Of a stretch of DNA of 64,000 nucleotides, positions 37,487 through 48,276 are shown piece after piece (position 1 is the first letter of the stretch; each line of letters starts with the position of its first letter). The translations under genes and the position numbers were made by a program. Origin of the DNA: Candidatus Hodarchaeota archaeon (GTDB taxonomy: Archaea > Asgardarchaeota > Lokiarchaeia > Sigyniarchaeales > SOKP01); NCBI GenBank assembly GCA_048887225.1, contig JBHLJY010000004.1:96001-160000 (forward strand). Reading direction: 5' to 3'. The notes beneath the pieces are model-generated. The model saw only the letters and a list, made by a program, of their open reading frames with translations, had not been told where the DNA came from and made no database searches.

Positions 37487-39121
37487 TTATAATCTTTTTC
37501 TTAAAGGCATTCCAGATAATGCTCTTGTAAAAACTCCTTTATTAAGCGCAAGGACACCATTTACAAAAACATACTCAATACCCTCGGAATACAACCTTGG
37601 ATTTTCGTAAGTAGCCTTATCAATTATCGTATTTTTATCAAAAATGGTGATATCTGCCCAATAACCTTCTTTAAGCAGACCTCGATCTCTTAATCCCAAT
37701 TTTTGAGCGGGATATGAGGTCATTCTTCTTATTGCATCGTGTAATGTAAGTAATTTCTCTTCTCGAACATATTTCCCTAATACTTGTGTAAAAGTACCAT
37801 TGGTATATGGATTTGGAAAATACTCAGAATCTTCTGGAAGGATCCTCCCATCTGAAGCGAACATTGTAAGCGGATGGGTAATTGTTATTATATTATCCTC
37901 TTCAGTTATCGAAAGATAAGTCCCTCCTACTGCACCTTCTTGTTCGATTAAAACATCAATTACAACCTGCCTTGGATCTATATTTTGTTCTATTGAATTT
38001 TGATAGACTGTTTTTCCATTGAATATTTTACTTTTTGGAGCATTTATGTATACTTTTTTCCAATCTTCTCTTTCTTCTATTTTCAGAAAACTCTTCACAA
38101 TTAAATCAATTTCTCCGTAAATTTTATTTTTTAGATCGCTGTCAGTTTTAGATTTCTTTAATATTTCAATTGCTCTCGGAATATCTACTTTTTCTTTAGA
38201 AAGGTAAACCCATGGTGGTGTTAATACAAATAAAAAAGTATGATTAGATGCTTGAGGAAAAACGTCAAATGTGATATCTAAATTTTCTTCACGAGCTTTC
38301 TCAACATATTTATAAGCCTTTCTTATATCTCCGCGCCAAAATCCAAATGGTTTAAAATGATTAATTTGAACAGGTATTCCTGATTTAGCGATTTTAATTG
38401 CCTCTTTAGTAGCTTTAACTAATCCAATCGCAAATCCTCGAAAATGAGTGGCATAAATTCCATCATATTTATTTACTACCTTGCAAAGTTCAATAATTTC
38501 GTCGGTTTTAGCAAAAGAACCTGGTGGATAATCTAACCCTGTAGACATACCGAAAGCACCATTTTTCATCTCTCCCTCAAGGATCTCTTTCATCTCCTCT
38601 AATTCTTCGGAAGTTGGTGCTTTATTATTCAAACCTAAAACGTTAGCCCTTATCATTGAATGACCAATTAATGGAATCACATTAATAGGTATTTTTCTTT
38701 GTTTTAACGCCTCTAAATATTCATTCAAATTTTGATAAGCAAATTCTTTTTCAAAATCTTCACTCGCACCAAGAATTGCTCCGAACATTTCAATATCATC
38801 TTTTTCAATTTTATCAGAATTTATTGGTGGTATCATAGAAAAACCACAGTTCCCTATAACGTGAGTTGTAACCCCCTGTGTTAATACATTTTCACCACGG
38901 CTTAATAGAATAGTTTGATCAGAATGAGTATGAATATCAATAAAACCAGGTGAAACTATAAGTCCTGAGGCATCAATCACATCTTCAGCGTCATCTTCTC
39001 TTATCTTCGTTTCGATATTTTGAATTTTACCATTATCAACTAACAAATCTGTTTTAAACCACGGATTACCCGTTCCATCAACAACTCTTCCATTCTTGAT
39101 TAAATAAGATTTTGGCGTAAT
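37487..39121 (-). CDS. N-acyl-D-amino-acid deacylase-family amidohydrolase
   Basis: PGFIDIHTHSD, GNCGFS, GMSTGLDYPPG, ASDG, GYWADITIFD; frame extends past TTG 39046 through LIKNGRVVDGTGNP to ATT 39121. Confidence 0.88.
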   Translation of the reverse strand: MTPKSYLIKNGRVVDGTGNPWFKTDLLVDNGKIQNIETKIREDDAEDVIDASGLIVSPGFIDIHTHSDQTILLSRGENVLTQGVTTHVIGNCGFSMIPPINSDKIEKDDIEMFGAILGASEDFEKEFAYQNLNEYLEALKQRKIPINVIPLIGHSMIRANVLGLNNKAPTSEELEEMKEILEGEMKNGAFGMSTGLDYPPGSFAKTDEIIELCKVVNKYDGIYATHFRGFAIGLVKATKEAIKIAKSGIPVQINHFKPFGFWRGDIRKAYKYVEKAREENLDITFDVFPQASNHTFLFVLTPPWVYLSKEKVDIPRAIEILKKSKTDSDLKNKIYGEIDLIVKSFLKIEEREDWKKVYINAPKSKIFNGKTVYQNSIEQNIDPRQVVIDVLIEQEGAVGGTYLSITEEDNIITITHPLTMFASDGRILPEDSEYFPNPYTNGTFTQVLGKYVREEKLLTLHDAIRRMTSYPAQKLGLRDRGLLKEGYWADITIFDKNTIIDKATYENPRLYSEGIEYVFVNGVLALNKGVFTRALSGMPLRKRL

Positions 39122-39308
39122 TTTAATCCCCTTTATTAATTTTTATTTATAACTTCCTTTTTATCCATATATAAATGTTGTATTTTTAGTAAAACTGATG
39201 AATTTTTAAAATGAGATATCGAATTAAAAAACAATGAATAAAACTAAAATCAAAAAATACAACTCAATCAGAAATTAAAAAAAGAATTTCTTGCTGATTT
39301 AAAATTAT

Positions 39309-41801
39309 TCATATCTTATGAGACTCTCGTGCGATTATCTCGTTTTGCAATTCTCTCCCGATCGCAGTAAAGTAAGCGTTGTACCCTGTAACTCTTACTA
39401 GTAGATTTTTGTAATTCTGTGGATGCTTTTGAGCATCTTTTAACATTTCAGCATCTAACATATTTACTTGTAAGCAAGTACCTCCATTCTCAACATAGCT
39501 CCTTAGATAGGATTTGAATTTTTCCTTATGTTCGGGATCTACAAGAATACTTGGATTAAATGTTATTGTATGGGAAGCACCATTTGGTAAATAATTAATG
39601 TATTCTCCTGTGGCAGTTTTACCACCCAACGCTATTCCAATAGAATTAGCAACAGAAGTGGGACCTTTTGTATCTGCTCCGTTTGTAGGGCAAATCGCGT
39701 TTGATAAGAATGTGCCACTATTCCGACCATTTGGAGTTGCCACTGTAAAATGAGCGTCCGCTCCAGCCCAATAATTCCACGATAACATTCCTGGACGATA
39801 TTGAAAATTAGTTGGTGTTTTATATTTCCAGCATTCGTCTGTCCATGTTTTCATAATCACTCTTGCTAGTTCATCAGCATCATTTTCGTCATTTCCGTAT
39901 TTCGGAGCTTTATTCTTTAAGATTGTTTGCATAACTTCAAATCCTTTGAAATCATTCATTAATGCTTCTTTAATTTGAGATATTGTATATTTTTTATCTT
40001 CATAAACCAGCTTTTTAATTGCTAATAATGAATCAACCGTAGTAGCAAATCCAACTCCCTCAACCGTCACAAAACTTAATTCTGGGCCACCATTTCTAAC
40101 ATCTAATCCCTTTTCTATACAACCTTGAACGAAAGCTGATAAATATGGTGTAGGGAGATATTCTCCGCGAAGTTCTTCACATAAATTGTTCGTATCCACT
40201 GTGTATTTTATGATGAATTTTATTTGTTCTTTCCAAGCGTTCCAAAACTCTTCCCATGTTTTAAAATTTTCAGGTTCACCAGTTTCTGGACCAATTTTTT
40301 CCCCAGGTTTTGTAGCTCTATCGTTTCCTAACATATTTCTTCCGTTCCAAAGCGTTAATTCTATGCTTTTGGCCAAATTAGGATTACAATTAACCGTTCC
40401 TGAACGATCATTTCCTTGCATAGTGTTTTCTAAGCACCCTACACAAGCATAATTCCAAGCTTCTTCTTTGGGTATTCCTTCTTTAACCATACCGGCAATA
40501 CTCCTCTCGTCAAAATTTATTAGAAAAGGAGCTCCTTGAGACCTTGATATCATTTCAATTATTACATCAAGCAATCTATCTGGAGAATTTCTATGTAACC
40601 TTACGTTTGGTTTTGGCTCCAAGATAGGCGACCACTCGTCAATAACCTCTAAAATTATATAAGTTAGGTCATTCGTTAAGTCTTCTCCACTAGAGCCGCA
40701 TCCAGATAAAGTCATTAGCTGACCAAACGCAGACGTAATGCCCTGCTTGCCGGTTCTTATCATGGCATCATACACAGTATTACAATGGAACCAGAAGCTT
40801 CCTAATATATCTTTGGCAAATTCTTTTGTAATGTTTTTCTGGTCTATCACATCTTTTTTATATAAAGACCATAAATGTTGATCTGTTCTACCAAAAGAAA
40901 GTCCAGGTCCGGGATAAGACTCTTCCGCCATTACTAGCATATGTGTAAGCCATATCGCTTGAAGTCCTTGCCAAAAGGTTTCAGCAGGTTCCCATGGGAC
41001 CGTTTCTAAATTTTTTGCCATTTGTTCAAGTTCTTCAACTCTTTCAGGAGTAGAAGCTTCAATTTTTAATCTTCTACATTCCTCTGCATACTTTTTTGCC
41101 AGTTTTCTTGGAATTTCAGAAGCTATTATTATTGCTCTAAGTTCCGCTCCTTTTGGACCACTTTTATCTTCTTCACTTAATTTAAAGTATCTTTCCCTTG
41201 CTTTTTCATAATAAAATTTAAATCCTTTCTTAACAATAGTCTCGTAATCGGGAATAATATGACCTGCGACAGCACCGAGATTTCCAAAGCCTGATTGATG
41301 ATATTTAAAAACTTCGTCTCTATTTCTTATATTTTTTTTCCAATACTCTTTTGCTTCTTTTTGATTAAAACATTTCGATAATTGCGTGTTAAAACGTCCC
41401 CCCGCAATTAAATCATTTTCAGAAATAATTTCTTGAGGAATATAATTAAGCATAACGTCTTCAAAAAACATTATTCTACGTTCTGGCAAGGATAATTCCC
41501 AAAAATCTTCTGGTAATTTAACTGGTAAAGCCATCGATCTAAAAGAAGAAGCAAAAACTCCTTTGTCGTTTTTTCCCAATATTTGAATATAATAAAGCAC
41601 TTCCGGTGATATATAATAATCTCCTTCGAACCATATTATATCCCAATCAGTGCCAGTCGTGAATGGCATAAATTCGTTATTCCATTCCCGTTCTACACCC
41701 TTAAAATAATAATCTCTTAACCATTTTGATCTTGCAGATAAATCGTGAGGTTCAGCAATAGGATATTTTGGTCCTTCTTTTAATTTTTCAGTATCGCTCA
41801 A
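39309..41801 (-). CDS. Glycyl radical enzyme (PFL2/eliminase-like)
   Basis: SFGRTDQ, YACVGCLE Cys loop, LQVNM, LLVRVTGYNAYF glycyl motif. Confidence 0.92.
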   Translation of the reverse strand: MSDTEKLKEGPKYPIAEPHDLSARSKWLRDYYFKGVEREWNNEFMPFTTGTDWDIIWFEGDYYISPEVLYYIQILGKNDKGVFASSFRSMALPVKLPEDFWELSLPERRIMFFEDVMLNYIPQEIISENDLIAGGRFNTQLSKCFNQKEAKEYWKKNIRNRDEVFKYHQSGFGNLGAVAGHIIPDYETIVKKGFKFYYEKARERYFKLSEEDKSGPKGAELRAIIIASEIPRKLAKKYAEECRRLKIEASTPERVEELEQMAKNLETVPWEPAETFWQGLQAIWLTHMLVMAEESYPGPGLSFGRTDQHLWSLYKKDVIDQKNITKEFAKDILGSFWFHCNTVYDAMIRTGKQGITSAFGQLMTLSGCGSSGEDLTNDLTYIILEVIDEWSPILEPKPNVRLHRNSPDRLLDVIIEMISRSQGAPFLINFDERSIAGMVKEGIPKEEAWNYACVGCLENTMQGNDRSGTVNCNPNLAKSIELTLWNGRNMLGNDRATKPGEKIGPETGEPENFKTWEEFWNAWKEQIKFIIKYTVDTNNLCEELRGEYLPTPYLSAFVQGCIEKGLDVRNGGPELSFVTVEGVGFATTVDSLLAIKKLVYEDKKYTISQIKEALMNDFKGFEVMQTILKNKAPKYGNDENDADELARVIMKTWTDECWKYKTPTNFQYRPGMLSWNYWAGADAHFTVATPNGRNSGTFLSNAICPTNGADTKGPTSVANSIGIALGGKTATGEYINYLPNGASHTITFNPSILVDPEHKEKFKSYLRSYVENGGTCLQVNMLDAEMLKDAQKHPQNYKNLLVRVTGYNAYFTAIGRELQNEIIARESHKI

Positions 41802-41936
41802 TTTTTTATCTCCTTAAACTTTTAGTCTGTTATTTAAGATGAAATTATATGATTGATTATTTATAAATTGTTTTTACAGAATATAAGAATCTATTATATT
41901 AGAAAAAAAAAATTAATAAATAAAAAAAAGTAGTGA

Positions 41937-42467
41937 TTATTTTAACCTTTCTTCGGAAAGCTTTAAATGATCTGTCTCTACTTCGACAAATGCTTGAAAT
42001 ATCTCTTTAACACGAGCATTTTCGGCTTCTGCTGCTGCTTGACCGTAAAATTTAATAGCTCTATCTTCACGACTATGAGATTCTTCGAGGTTTGGCTTAT
42101 ATTCTGGTGCACATTTATCGTATTTGGGGAATTCCACTTTATCTAATTTTAGGATTTTTTTCCAAACTGAAGCATGCTCGCCTTCTACTTTAGCAAGAAT
42201 TTTAAATAATTTCTGACCATCTAATTCTGGGGTTTTCTTACTAGCACATTTATAGAAGATATTATTAGAAATTTCGACTTCTAACGCTTTTTCAGAGTTG
42301 GCTTTATCTTTTTCATTTAAGTCAACATCCCATGCTCCTGTATCATCGTATTCCTTTGAGTTTATAAAGTACTTTTCATATGCACCACAGAAAGGGCAAC
42401 GAGAGGGCGCTTCTTCTCCTATATAGGCTTCACCACATATTTTGCATACAAATATTTGAACAGAAAT
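41937..42467 (-). CDS. Reverse rubrerythrin-like protein (N-terminal rubredoxin plus ferritin-like di-iron domain), 176 aa
   Basis: Manual translation: FVCKICGEAY...RCPFCGA...ALEVE...KVEGEH...REDRA...EVETDH; ORF track shows only the last 66 aa. Confidence 0.88.
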   Translation of the reverse strand: MSVQIFVCKICGEAYIGEEAPSRCPFCGAYEKYFINSKEYDDTGAWDVDLNEKDKANSEKALEVEISNNIFYKCASKKTPELDGQKLFKILAKVEGEHASVWKKILKLDKVEFPKYDKCAPEYKPNLEESHSREDRAIKFYGQAAAEAENARVKEIFQAFVEVETDHLKLSEERLK

Positions 42468-42691
42468 TTTATTTCACCCTATTTTCTTTTTAAATCTTAA
42501 TTTTAAAAAATTACATTTGTGTATGATTTTTGATATAAGGTTTTAGATCTTAAAAATTTTGAGAATATATATAGTTTTGACTTAAAAATTAAAAGTACAA
42601 TCATTCTTAAAAGCAATTATTAAAAACAAATAAAAATAAAAAGAATTATAAGACCTTTAATTGAGTATTAACAATATTAATTTGATATTTC

Positions 42692-43789
42692 TTGTATAGA
42701 GTTATTGGAATTGACCCAGGCAGCTTAACATGGGATTTTTTTGGATTAGAAGATAATAATATAATATTAGATACTTCAATACCCTCCAAAGAAATAATGA
42801 AAGATCCCCAAAAAGCTATTACTGTCATAAAATCTGTTGAAAATATTGATTTAATGGTCGCACCGAGCGGATTTGGTCTTCCATTAAAAAATGTAAGTGA
42901 TTTGACGGAAAAAGATATTTTTTTCACATTGTTAAAATTTGAACAAAAGGATAAAGAAAAACTAGTAGGACTCGGAGAAATTTTACGGCTAATAAAATCA
43001 GCAAAAATCCCGGGTATTATTGTTCCAGGAGTTAAACATTTACCAACTGTTCCAAGATATCGAAAAATTAATAAAATTGATATGGGAACCGCCGATAAAT
43101 TATGCACTTCTGTTGTCGGAATTAGAGATCAAATCGAAAGATTTGAGGTAAAACCTGAAAATGTTAATTTCATTCTGGTCGAAGTAGGTTATGGATTTAC
43201 CGCTGTACTTGCAATAGAAAATGGTCAAGTAATTGATGGTATTGGAGGTTCAAACATTATGGGATTTAGAGCCTGTGGCAGTTTAGATGGGGAATTAGCA
43301 TATTTAATTAAAGAGATAAAAAAAAACAATATTTATAAAGGCGGTGTTGCGTCGATTGCTGGCTATTTAGATTTAAGTTTAAAAGAAATAACATTATTAG
43401 CTGAAAAAGACATTCAAATAAAAACTGCCCTTAAAGCTTATATTTCAAGCGTTAAAAAAGCTGTCTTTGGAATCTCTTCCTCTTTTTCAAGTAAAGAAAA
43501 AATATCGGAAATATTATTAGCTGGACGAGGTGCTGAGTTAAATTATTTAAGAGATCGATTCATTCGAGGATTAAAAGATGTTGCACCCGTAAGAGTAATG
43601 AAATCTTATAGTCAAATTGCAAAACGTGCCGCACAAGGCGCTGCTTTTATAGCCAAAGGAATTTTAGGCGAAAACGATCTATTTGAATCAATTATTAATA
43701 ATTTAAAAATCAAAGAAGCTTCCGGTACTATTTTAGACGATATTTTTATACCATTTAATAAAGAAAAATTGATAAGTGATTTAGATTAA
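42692..43789 (+). CDS. DUF1464 (ASKHA/butyrate-kinase-like) protein
   Basis: RVIGIDPGS, APSGFGLP, KINKIDMGTADK, GQVIDGIGG, LDGELAY, AAQGAA. Confidence 0.8.
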   Translation: MYRVIGIDPGSLTWDFFGLEDNNIILDTSIPSKEIMKDPQKAITVIKSVENIDLMVAPSGFGLPLKNVSDLTEKDIFFTLLKFEQKDKEKLVGLGEILRLIKSAKIPGIIVPGVKHLPTVPRYRKINKIDMGTADKLCTSVVGIRDQIERFEVKPENVNFILVEVGYGFTAVLAIENGQVIDGIGGSNIMGFRACGSLDGELAYLIKEIKKNNIYKGGVASIAGYLDLSLKEITLLAEKDIQIKTALKAYISSVKKAVFGISSSFSSKEKISEILLAGRGAELNYLRDRFIRGLKDVAPVRVMKSYSQIAKRAAQGAAFIAKGILGENDLFESIINNLKIKEASGTILDDIFIPFNKEKLISDLD

Positions 43790-45359
43790 TATTCTCATCA
43801 TTACTGGATTAAGAAGTTATCCAACAATTAAGAAAGTAATAAAGCATATTAAGGAGCATAAAATTACCGTAGAAAAAGCTCCTGTATCTATATCTGCCTT
43901 TCTCTCAGAGGAATTAACAGAGACCATCTTAAAAAATAAATCGCTTTCTGAATACATTTTAGTTTTACTTCCAGGATTTGTTCAATGGGATACAACTAAC
44001 TTGGAAAAAAAATTTTCACTAGATATTAGAAAAGGACCTGAATTTGCTTCAGATCTCCCTATCATTATTAAAAATCTTGATAAAATTAATTTATCTAATA
44101 AAATCCCGGCAAACAAATTGTTTGAGATTTCTGGAGAAAAAGAATATGAAAGAATTGTTAAAGAACAGATTGAACGAGCTAAAAATAATATTGGACATCA
44201 TACTTTTTATATCAACGAACAAAAGTCAGATCTTATAATTGGTCGTAATCTCCCTCCACCTATTATAGCAGAAATCGTAAATTGTACGGAAAAAAGCGAT
44301 ACAAACATTATTAGAAAAGCGAAACATTATGTCGGTTCTGGAGCGGACATTATTGATATTGGTTGCGTGTCAAATAAACCAAACCCAGAAAGAGTAAAGC
44401 AAATTCTCAACCTTATAAGAAATAATTTTAATGTCTTAATTAGTATAGATTCGATGGAAACTAATGAAATTATGGCCGCCGTTGATGAGGGAATTGATTT
44501 AATTCTGAGCTTAGATTTAGGGAGTTATAAAAATTTTTTGAACCTTCCCAAAGATATTCCTATTGTTATACTCCCTACAAATGTTAATGCTGGCTATTTC
44601 CCTAAAGATCCCGAAACTCGAGTAAAAAACTTATTTAAATTAACTGAAGAACTACAAAAAAGCGATTTTAAGAAGTTAATTGCTGATCCTTTGTTGGAAA
44701 CACCAATTGCTCCGGGAATTTGTAATTCGTTAGAAACTTATTTTCTTTATAGAAAAAAAATTAAGGAGAAAAAGTACCTATCGATGGAATTACCACAATT
44801 TTTTGGAATTTCTAATGTTATTGAGTTAATGGATATTGATTCTGTTGGAATAAATGGTTTATTAGCAAGCATAGCGGTTGAATTAGATATGGGAATATTA
44901 TTTACAGTTGAACATAGCACAAAATTAATGGGGGGTGTTTCTGAATTAAAAGAAAGCGTTAAGCTAAATTATATCTCTAAATATAAGAAAACACCCCCAA
45001 TCAATCAAGGAATATCTGGAGTTTTTAAGGCAAAGGGCAAGACCGCCCAAGAAACACCAAAAATCTACGAAAAAGATGCGATTATAGTAGATCAATTGAA
45101 TCCAGAATATATACCAGACGAAAAAGGATACTTTAAAATTTATATTAATCATTACGTAGGCAATATTTATGTATTGCATTTTTCTAATGATCATAAATTA
45201 CTTCATACTTTAATTGGGACAAATGCGGAAGCATTAAGTAAAAAGGCAATCGAAATGAACATTACTAACAATATTCAGCATTTAAACTATTTAGGTAGAG
45301 AACTCAGTAAAGCGGAATTTTCTCTATTCTTGGGTAAACCTTATATTCAAGATGTATAA
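43785..45359 (+). CDS. Dihydropteroate synthase-like protein (methanopterin pathway-related) with C-terminal DUF4346-like domain
   Basis: N-terminus INILIITG...LLPG upstream of TTG 44001; IIAEI, GADIIDIG, ISIDS, IADPLL, DSVGIN; DEKGYFKI...HLNYLGREL.KAE...YIQD. Confidence 0.82.
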   Translation: MNILIITGLRSYPTIKKVIKHIKEHKITVEKAPVSISAFLSEELTETILKNKSLSEYILVLLPGFVQWDTTNLEKKFSLDIRKGPEFASDLPIIIKNLDKINLSNKIPANKLFEISGEKEYERIVKEQIERAKNNIGHHTFYINEQKSDLIIGRNLPPPIIAEIVNCTEKSDTNIIRKAKHYVGSGADIIDIGCVSNKPNPERVKQILNLIRNNFNVLISIDSMETNEIMAAVDEGIDLILSLDLGSYKNFLNLPKDIPIVILPTNVNAGYFPKDPETRVKNLFKLTEELQKSDFKKLIADPLLETPIAPGICNSLETYFLYRKKIKEKKYLSMELPQFFGISNVIELMDIDSVGINGLLASIAVELDMGILFTVEHSTKLMGGVSELKESVKLNYISKYKKTPPINQGISGVFKAKGKTAQETPKIYEKDAIIVDQLNPEYIPDEKGYFKIYINHYVGNIYVLHFSNDHKLLHTLIGTNAEALSKKAIEMNITNNIQHLNYLGRELSKAEFSLFLGKPYIQDV

Positions 45360-45381
45360 ATATGAAAAAATAAAAAAAAAA

Positions 45382-45672
45382 TTATATTATTTCAAAACAA
45401 GTTTTCATATCCAATCCTGGCTCCAAAAGTGGTGTAAATTTTTCCATCGTTTTTCCTAAATTTGCCATATGTAATTTTAAAGCGGTATCGTCAGCGTACT
45501 TTTCGTAAAAAATTATTGTTCTCTTCTCTTTTACTCCCTTTACGGTATGTGCAACATATTCTAAGGTTCCTTGCTCAGTTTCTTTTACTTTTGGGATAAT
45601 TTCTTTCAAAACCTCAATGGCTTCTTCCATTTTTCCTTCTTTTACTTTTACGGAGGCAATTACAGTCACCAT
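45382..45672 (-). CDS. Antibiotic biosynthesis monooxygenase (ABM) family protein
   Basis: TVIASVKVKEGK, EQGTLEY, FYEKYADD.AL..H; AGGTGA SD. Confidence 0.85.
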   Translation of the reverse strand: MVTVIASVKVKEGKMEEAIEVLKEIIPKVKETEQGTLEYVAHTVKGVKEKRTIIFYEKYADDTALKLHMANLGKTMEKFTPLLEPGLDMKTCFEII

Positions 45673-45735
45673 TTAATTAATCACCTTTTTTATGATATAA
45701 ATTATTAATTATTATTATTAATTTAAATAATTTTA

Positions 45736-47106
45736 ATGGGTAAGAAAAAAAAATTAATTTCTGTAATTTTCATAATCCTTTTAATTATAGGGATCGGAGT
45801 CCTTCTCAGATATATAACACTTTTCTACGATTCCTTCTGTTTTAAGAATTTTAATTGCGATCCCAACTGGGAAGAACCTGAATATTATAAAGATGGTATA
45901 GCTGATAGCTTGGTTGAGGAATGTGCTCGATACGCGGCTGATTATCTCGTTTTTAATCAATATTGTAATGGTAAATTTAGATATCTTTATGATGCAGAAG
46001 ATGACGAGTACGACGATTCAGAATATAATATTGTGAGACATGCTGGAACGTGTTATGCTCTATTAGATCTATATAAAGAATTAGACGAGGAGCGATATTT
46101 GCAAGCTGGAGTTGCTGGTTTGGATTATTTATGTTCATTTACTCATATGATCTCATGGGATAAATGGGCAATTGATTGGGGTGATAAAATAAAAGTTGGA
46201 ACTACCTCACTTGCTATATTAGGAATGGTCCGTTATTGGGAGGCTACGGGAAATGAAAATTATAATATCTATGTCGAGAATTTCGCGAATTTTATCGTTT
46301 CTCAGCAAAGAGATGATGGAGCGTTTGCTGGAATTTACGGAGAGCGCAAAGAAAACAAATACTATTCGGGAGAAGCATTTTTTGCTCTCGCTATGGCCTA
46401 TGATATGCTTGAGGATAGAAGCTATCGTAGAGCAATGAAAGATGCTCTTAATTATTATTGGTCAGAAGATTATGAATACAACGATGCTGCTTTTATCCCT
46501 TGGGCTTCGTCAGGTTGCGCAAAATGGTATGAATTAACTGATTATCCTAAATTTCGAGATTTCTGCTTTAATATGACTGATACTCAAGTTTCTAGACAAA
46601 ATTTAGTATATGAATTGGATGAGCTTGGAAATGAACTCTATGGTTATATTCTAGGCCCTACAGTAAACACAGGAGTGTATTTAGAAGGTATAGGAGACGC
46701 TTTAAGAATTGCAAAATTAGTAGATGATTATAAACGAATTGCGAAATACACCAATAGCCTAAAATCGGGAATAGAATGGGTGTTATCACTTCAATTTCGA
46801 AAAAAATCGCAATTAGCTTGTCCGAATAGAGGATTTGGTGGATTTCATAATGGTTTTACTATAAAACATGCCAATCACATTCGTATAGATTATAATCAAC
46901 ACGCAATATCTGCCATATTAAGAGTTTTAAGAGAATTTAGCGACGCAGAAATCGAAGCAATTCAAATTCGAGATGGTATTGTTGATTTTGATCCTGAACG
47001 CAGTGATCAACCATTCAATTTGATAGAAATTATACCTCTAATCGTTGTATTGGTAATCATACCACTCTTATTTATATATTGTTATATGAATAAATACTTA
47101 TTTTAA
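45736..47106 (+). CDS. Membrane-anchored alpha/alpha-toroid hypothetical protein
   Basis: Hydrophobic N- and C-terminal helices; YNIVRHAG, QRDDGAF, YYSGEA, RIDYNQH. Confidence 0.6.
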   Translation: MGKKKKLISVIFIILLIIGIGVLLRYITLFYDSFCFKNFNCDPNWEEPEYYKDGIADSLVEECARYAADYLVFNQYCNGKFRYLYDAEDDEYDDSEYNIVRHAGTCYALLDLYKELDEERYLQAGVAGLDYLCSFTHMISWDKWAIDWGDKIKVGTTSLAILGMVRYWEATGNENYNIYVENFANFIVSQQRDDGAFAGIYGERKENKYYSGEAFFALAMAYDMLEDRSYRRAMKDALNYYWSEDYEYNDAAFIPWASSGCAKWYELTDYPKFRDFCFNMTDTQVSRQNLVYELDELGNELYGYILGPTVNTGVYLEGIGDALRIAKLVDDYKRIAKYTNSLKSGIEWVLSLQFRKKSQLACPNRGFGGFHNGFTIKHANHIRIDYNQHAISAILRVLREFSDAEIEAIQIRDGIVDFDPERSDQPFNLIEIIPLIVVLVIIPLLFIYCYMNKYLF

Positions 47107-47148
47107 AAATTATTAAATTAAACTTTTTTAAAGAAAAAAGTGAGTTAT

Positions 47149-48276
47149 TTAATAATATTTTATGATATTATAAACAGTATCTCTTTGAGCAGGACGTTTA
47201 CCAGCGGATTTAATAATATTTATAATTTCATTAGGAGACAAATATTCTCCATATTTCGCACCGGCGCTTTTCGATATATTTTCTTCCATGATAGTGCCTG
47301 AAAAATCGTTAACACCGTAATTTAAAGAAACTTGAGCAAATTTCGGACCTAATTTTACCCATGAAGTTTGGATGTTATCAATATAGTTGTTTAAAAACAA
47401 TCGGGAAACACAGAACAGCTTTAAATCTGCTATTCCATAACTATGCTTAATCGGATACTCTTGTTTTAGTAATACTGAATTTTCTTTGACAAAAGGTAAT
47501 GGAACAAATTCGGTAAAACCTTGAGTTTCTCGTTGGATATTCCTCAATATTTCTAAATGTGCAATTCTATCTTTTAAATCTTCGATATGACCGTACATAA
47601 TAGTTGATGTAGTTGGAATACCTAAATTATGAGCTGTTGTAATAATCTCTTTCCATTGAGATATGGACACTTTATTTGGACAGACAATTTTTCTTATTTT
47701 TTCAACTAATATTTCTGCGGCCGTTCCTGGTATTGAATCTAAACCAGCGTTCTGCAATTCCTTTAATGTATTTTCAATCGTATCACCATACAATTGAGCC
47801 ATATAAAATATTTCTTGAGGCGAAAAAGCGTGGGTATGAATCCTTCTATCAACATTTTTGACGGTTTTCAAAATATCCAAATAGAATTCAAAATCTACTT
47901 CAGGGTTTATCCCCCCTTGAATACATACTTCAGTGCAATTATTATTTTTTGCTTCGATGACTTTATCTTTAATTTCATCAATCGTTAATAAAAATCCTAA
48001 ATTTTTATCGGGAACGCTAAAACAACAAAATTTACAACCTTGAAAACAGATATCTGTAAAATTTATGTTTCGATTTATTACAAAAGTTACTAAGTTTTTC
48101 TTTTTCTTAAAACAAAGTGTATCAGCGATATTTTGTAAGGCAATGAATTCCTTTCCAGTAACTTTAAGTAACTCAAAGCCTTCTTCTGCCGTTAAATCTT
48201 CTTCTGAATTGAGAGCTTTCTTTAGAATTAATTTAATTTTAGGTTTGATATGCTTAAAAAGCTCAGATTTTAGCAT
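47149..48276 (-). CDS. cofH: FO synthase subunit CofH
   Basis: NRNINFTDICFQGCKFC, EVCIQGG, HAFSPQE, PGTAAEIL, IQTSWVKLG, GTIMEENIS. Confidence 0.92.
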   Translation of the reverse strand: MLKSELFKHIKPKIKLILKKALNSEEDLTAEEGFELLKVTGKEFIALQNIADTLCFKKKKNLVTFVINRNINFTDICFQGCKFCCFSVPDKNLGFLLTIDEIKDKVIEAKNNNCTEVCIQGGINPEVDFEFYLDILKTVKNVDRRIHTHAFSPQEIFYMAQLYGDTIENTLKELQNAGLDSIPGTAAEILVEKIRKIVCPNKVSISQWKEIITTAHNLGIPTTSTIMYGHIEDLKDRIAHLEILRNIQRETQGFTEFVPLPFVKENSVLLKQEYPIKHSYGIADLKLFCVSRLFLNNYIDNIQTSWVKLGPKFAQVSLNYGVNDFSGTIMEENISKSAGAKYGEYLSPNEIINIIKSAGKRPAQRDTVYNIIKYY

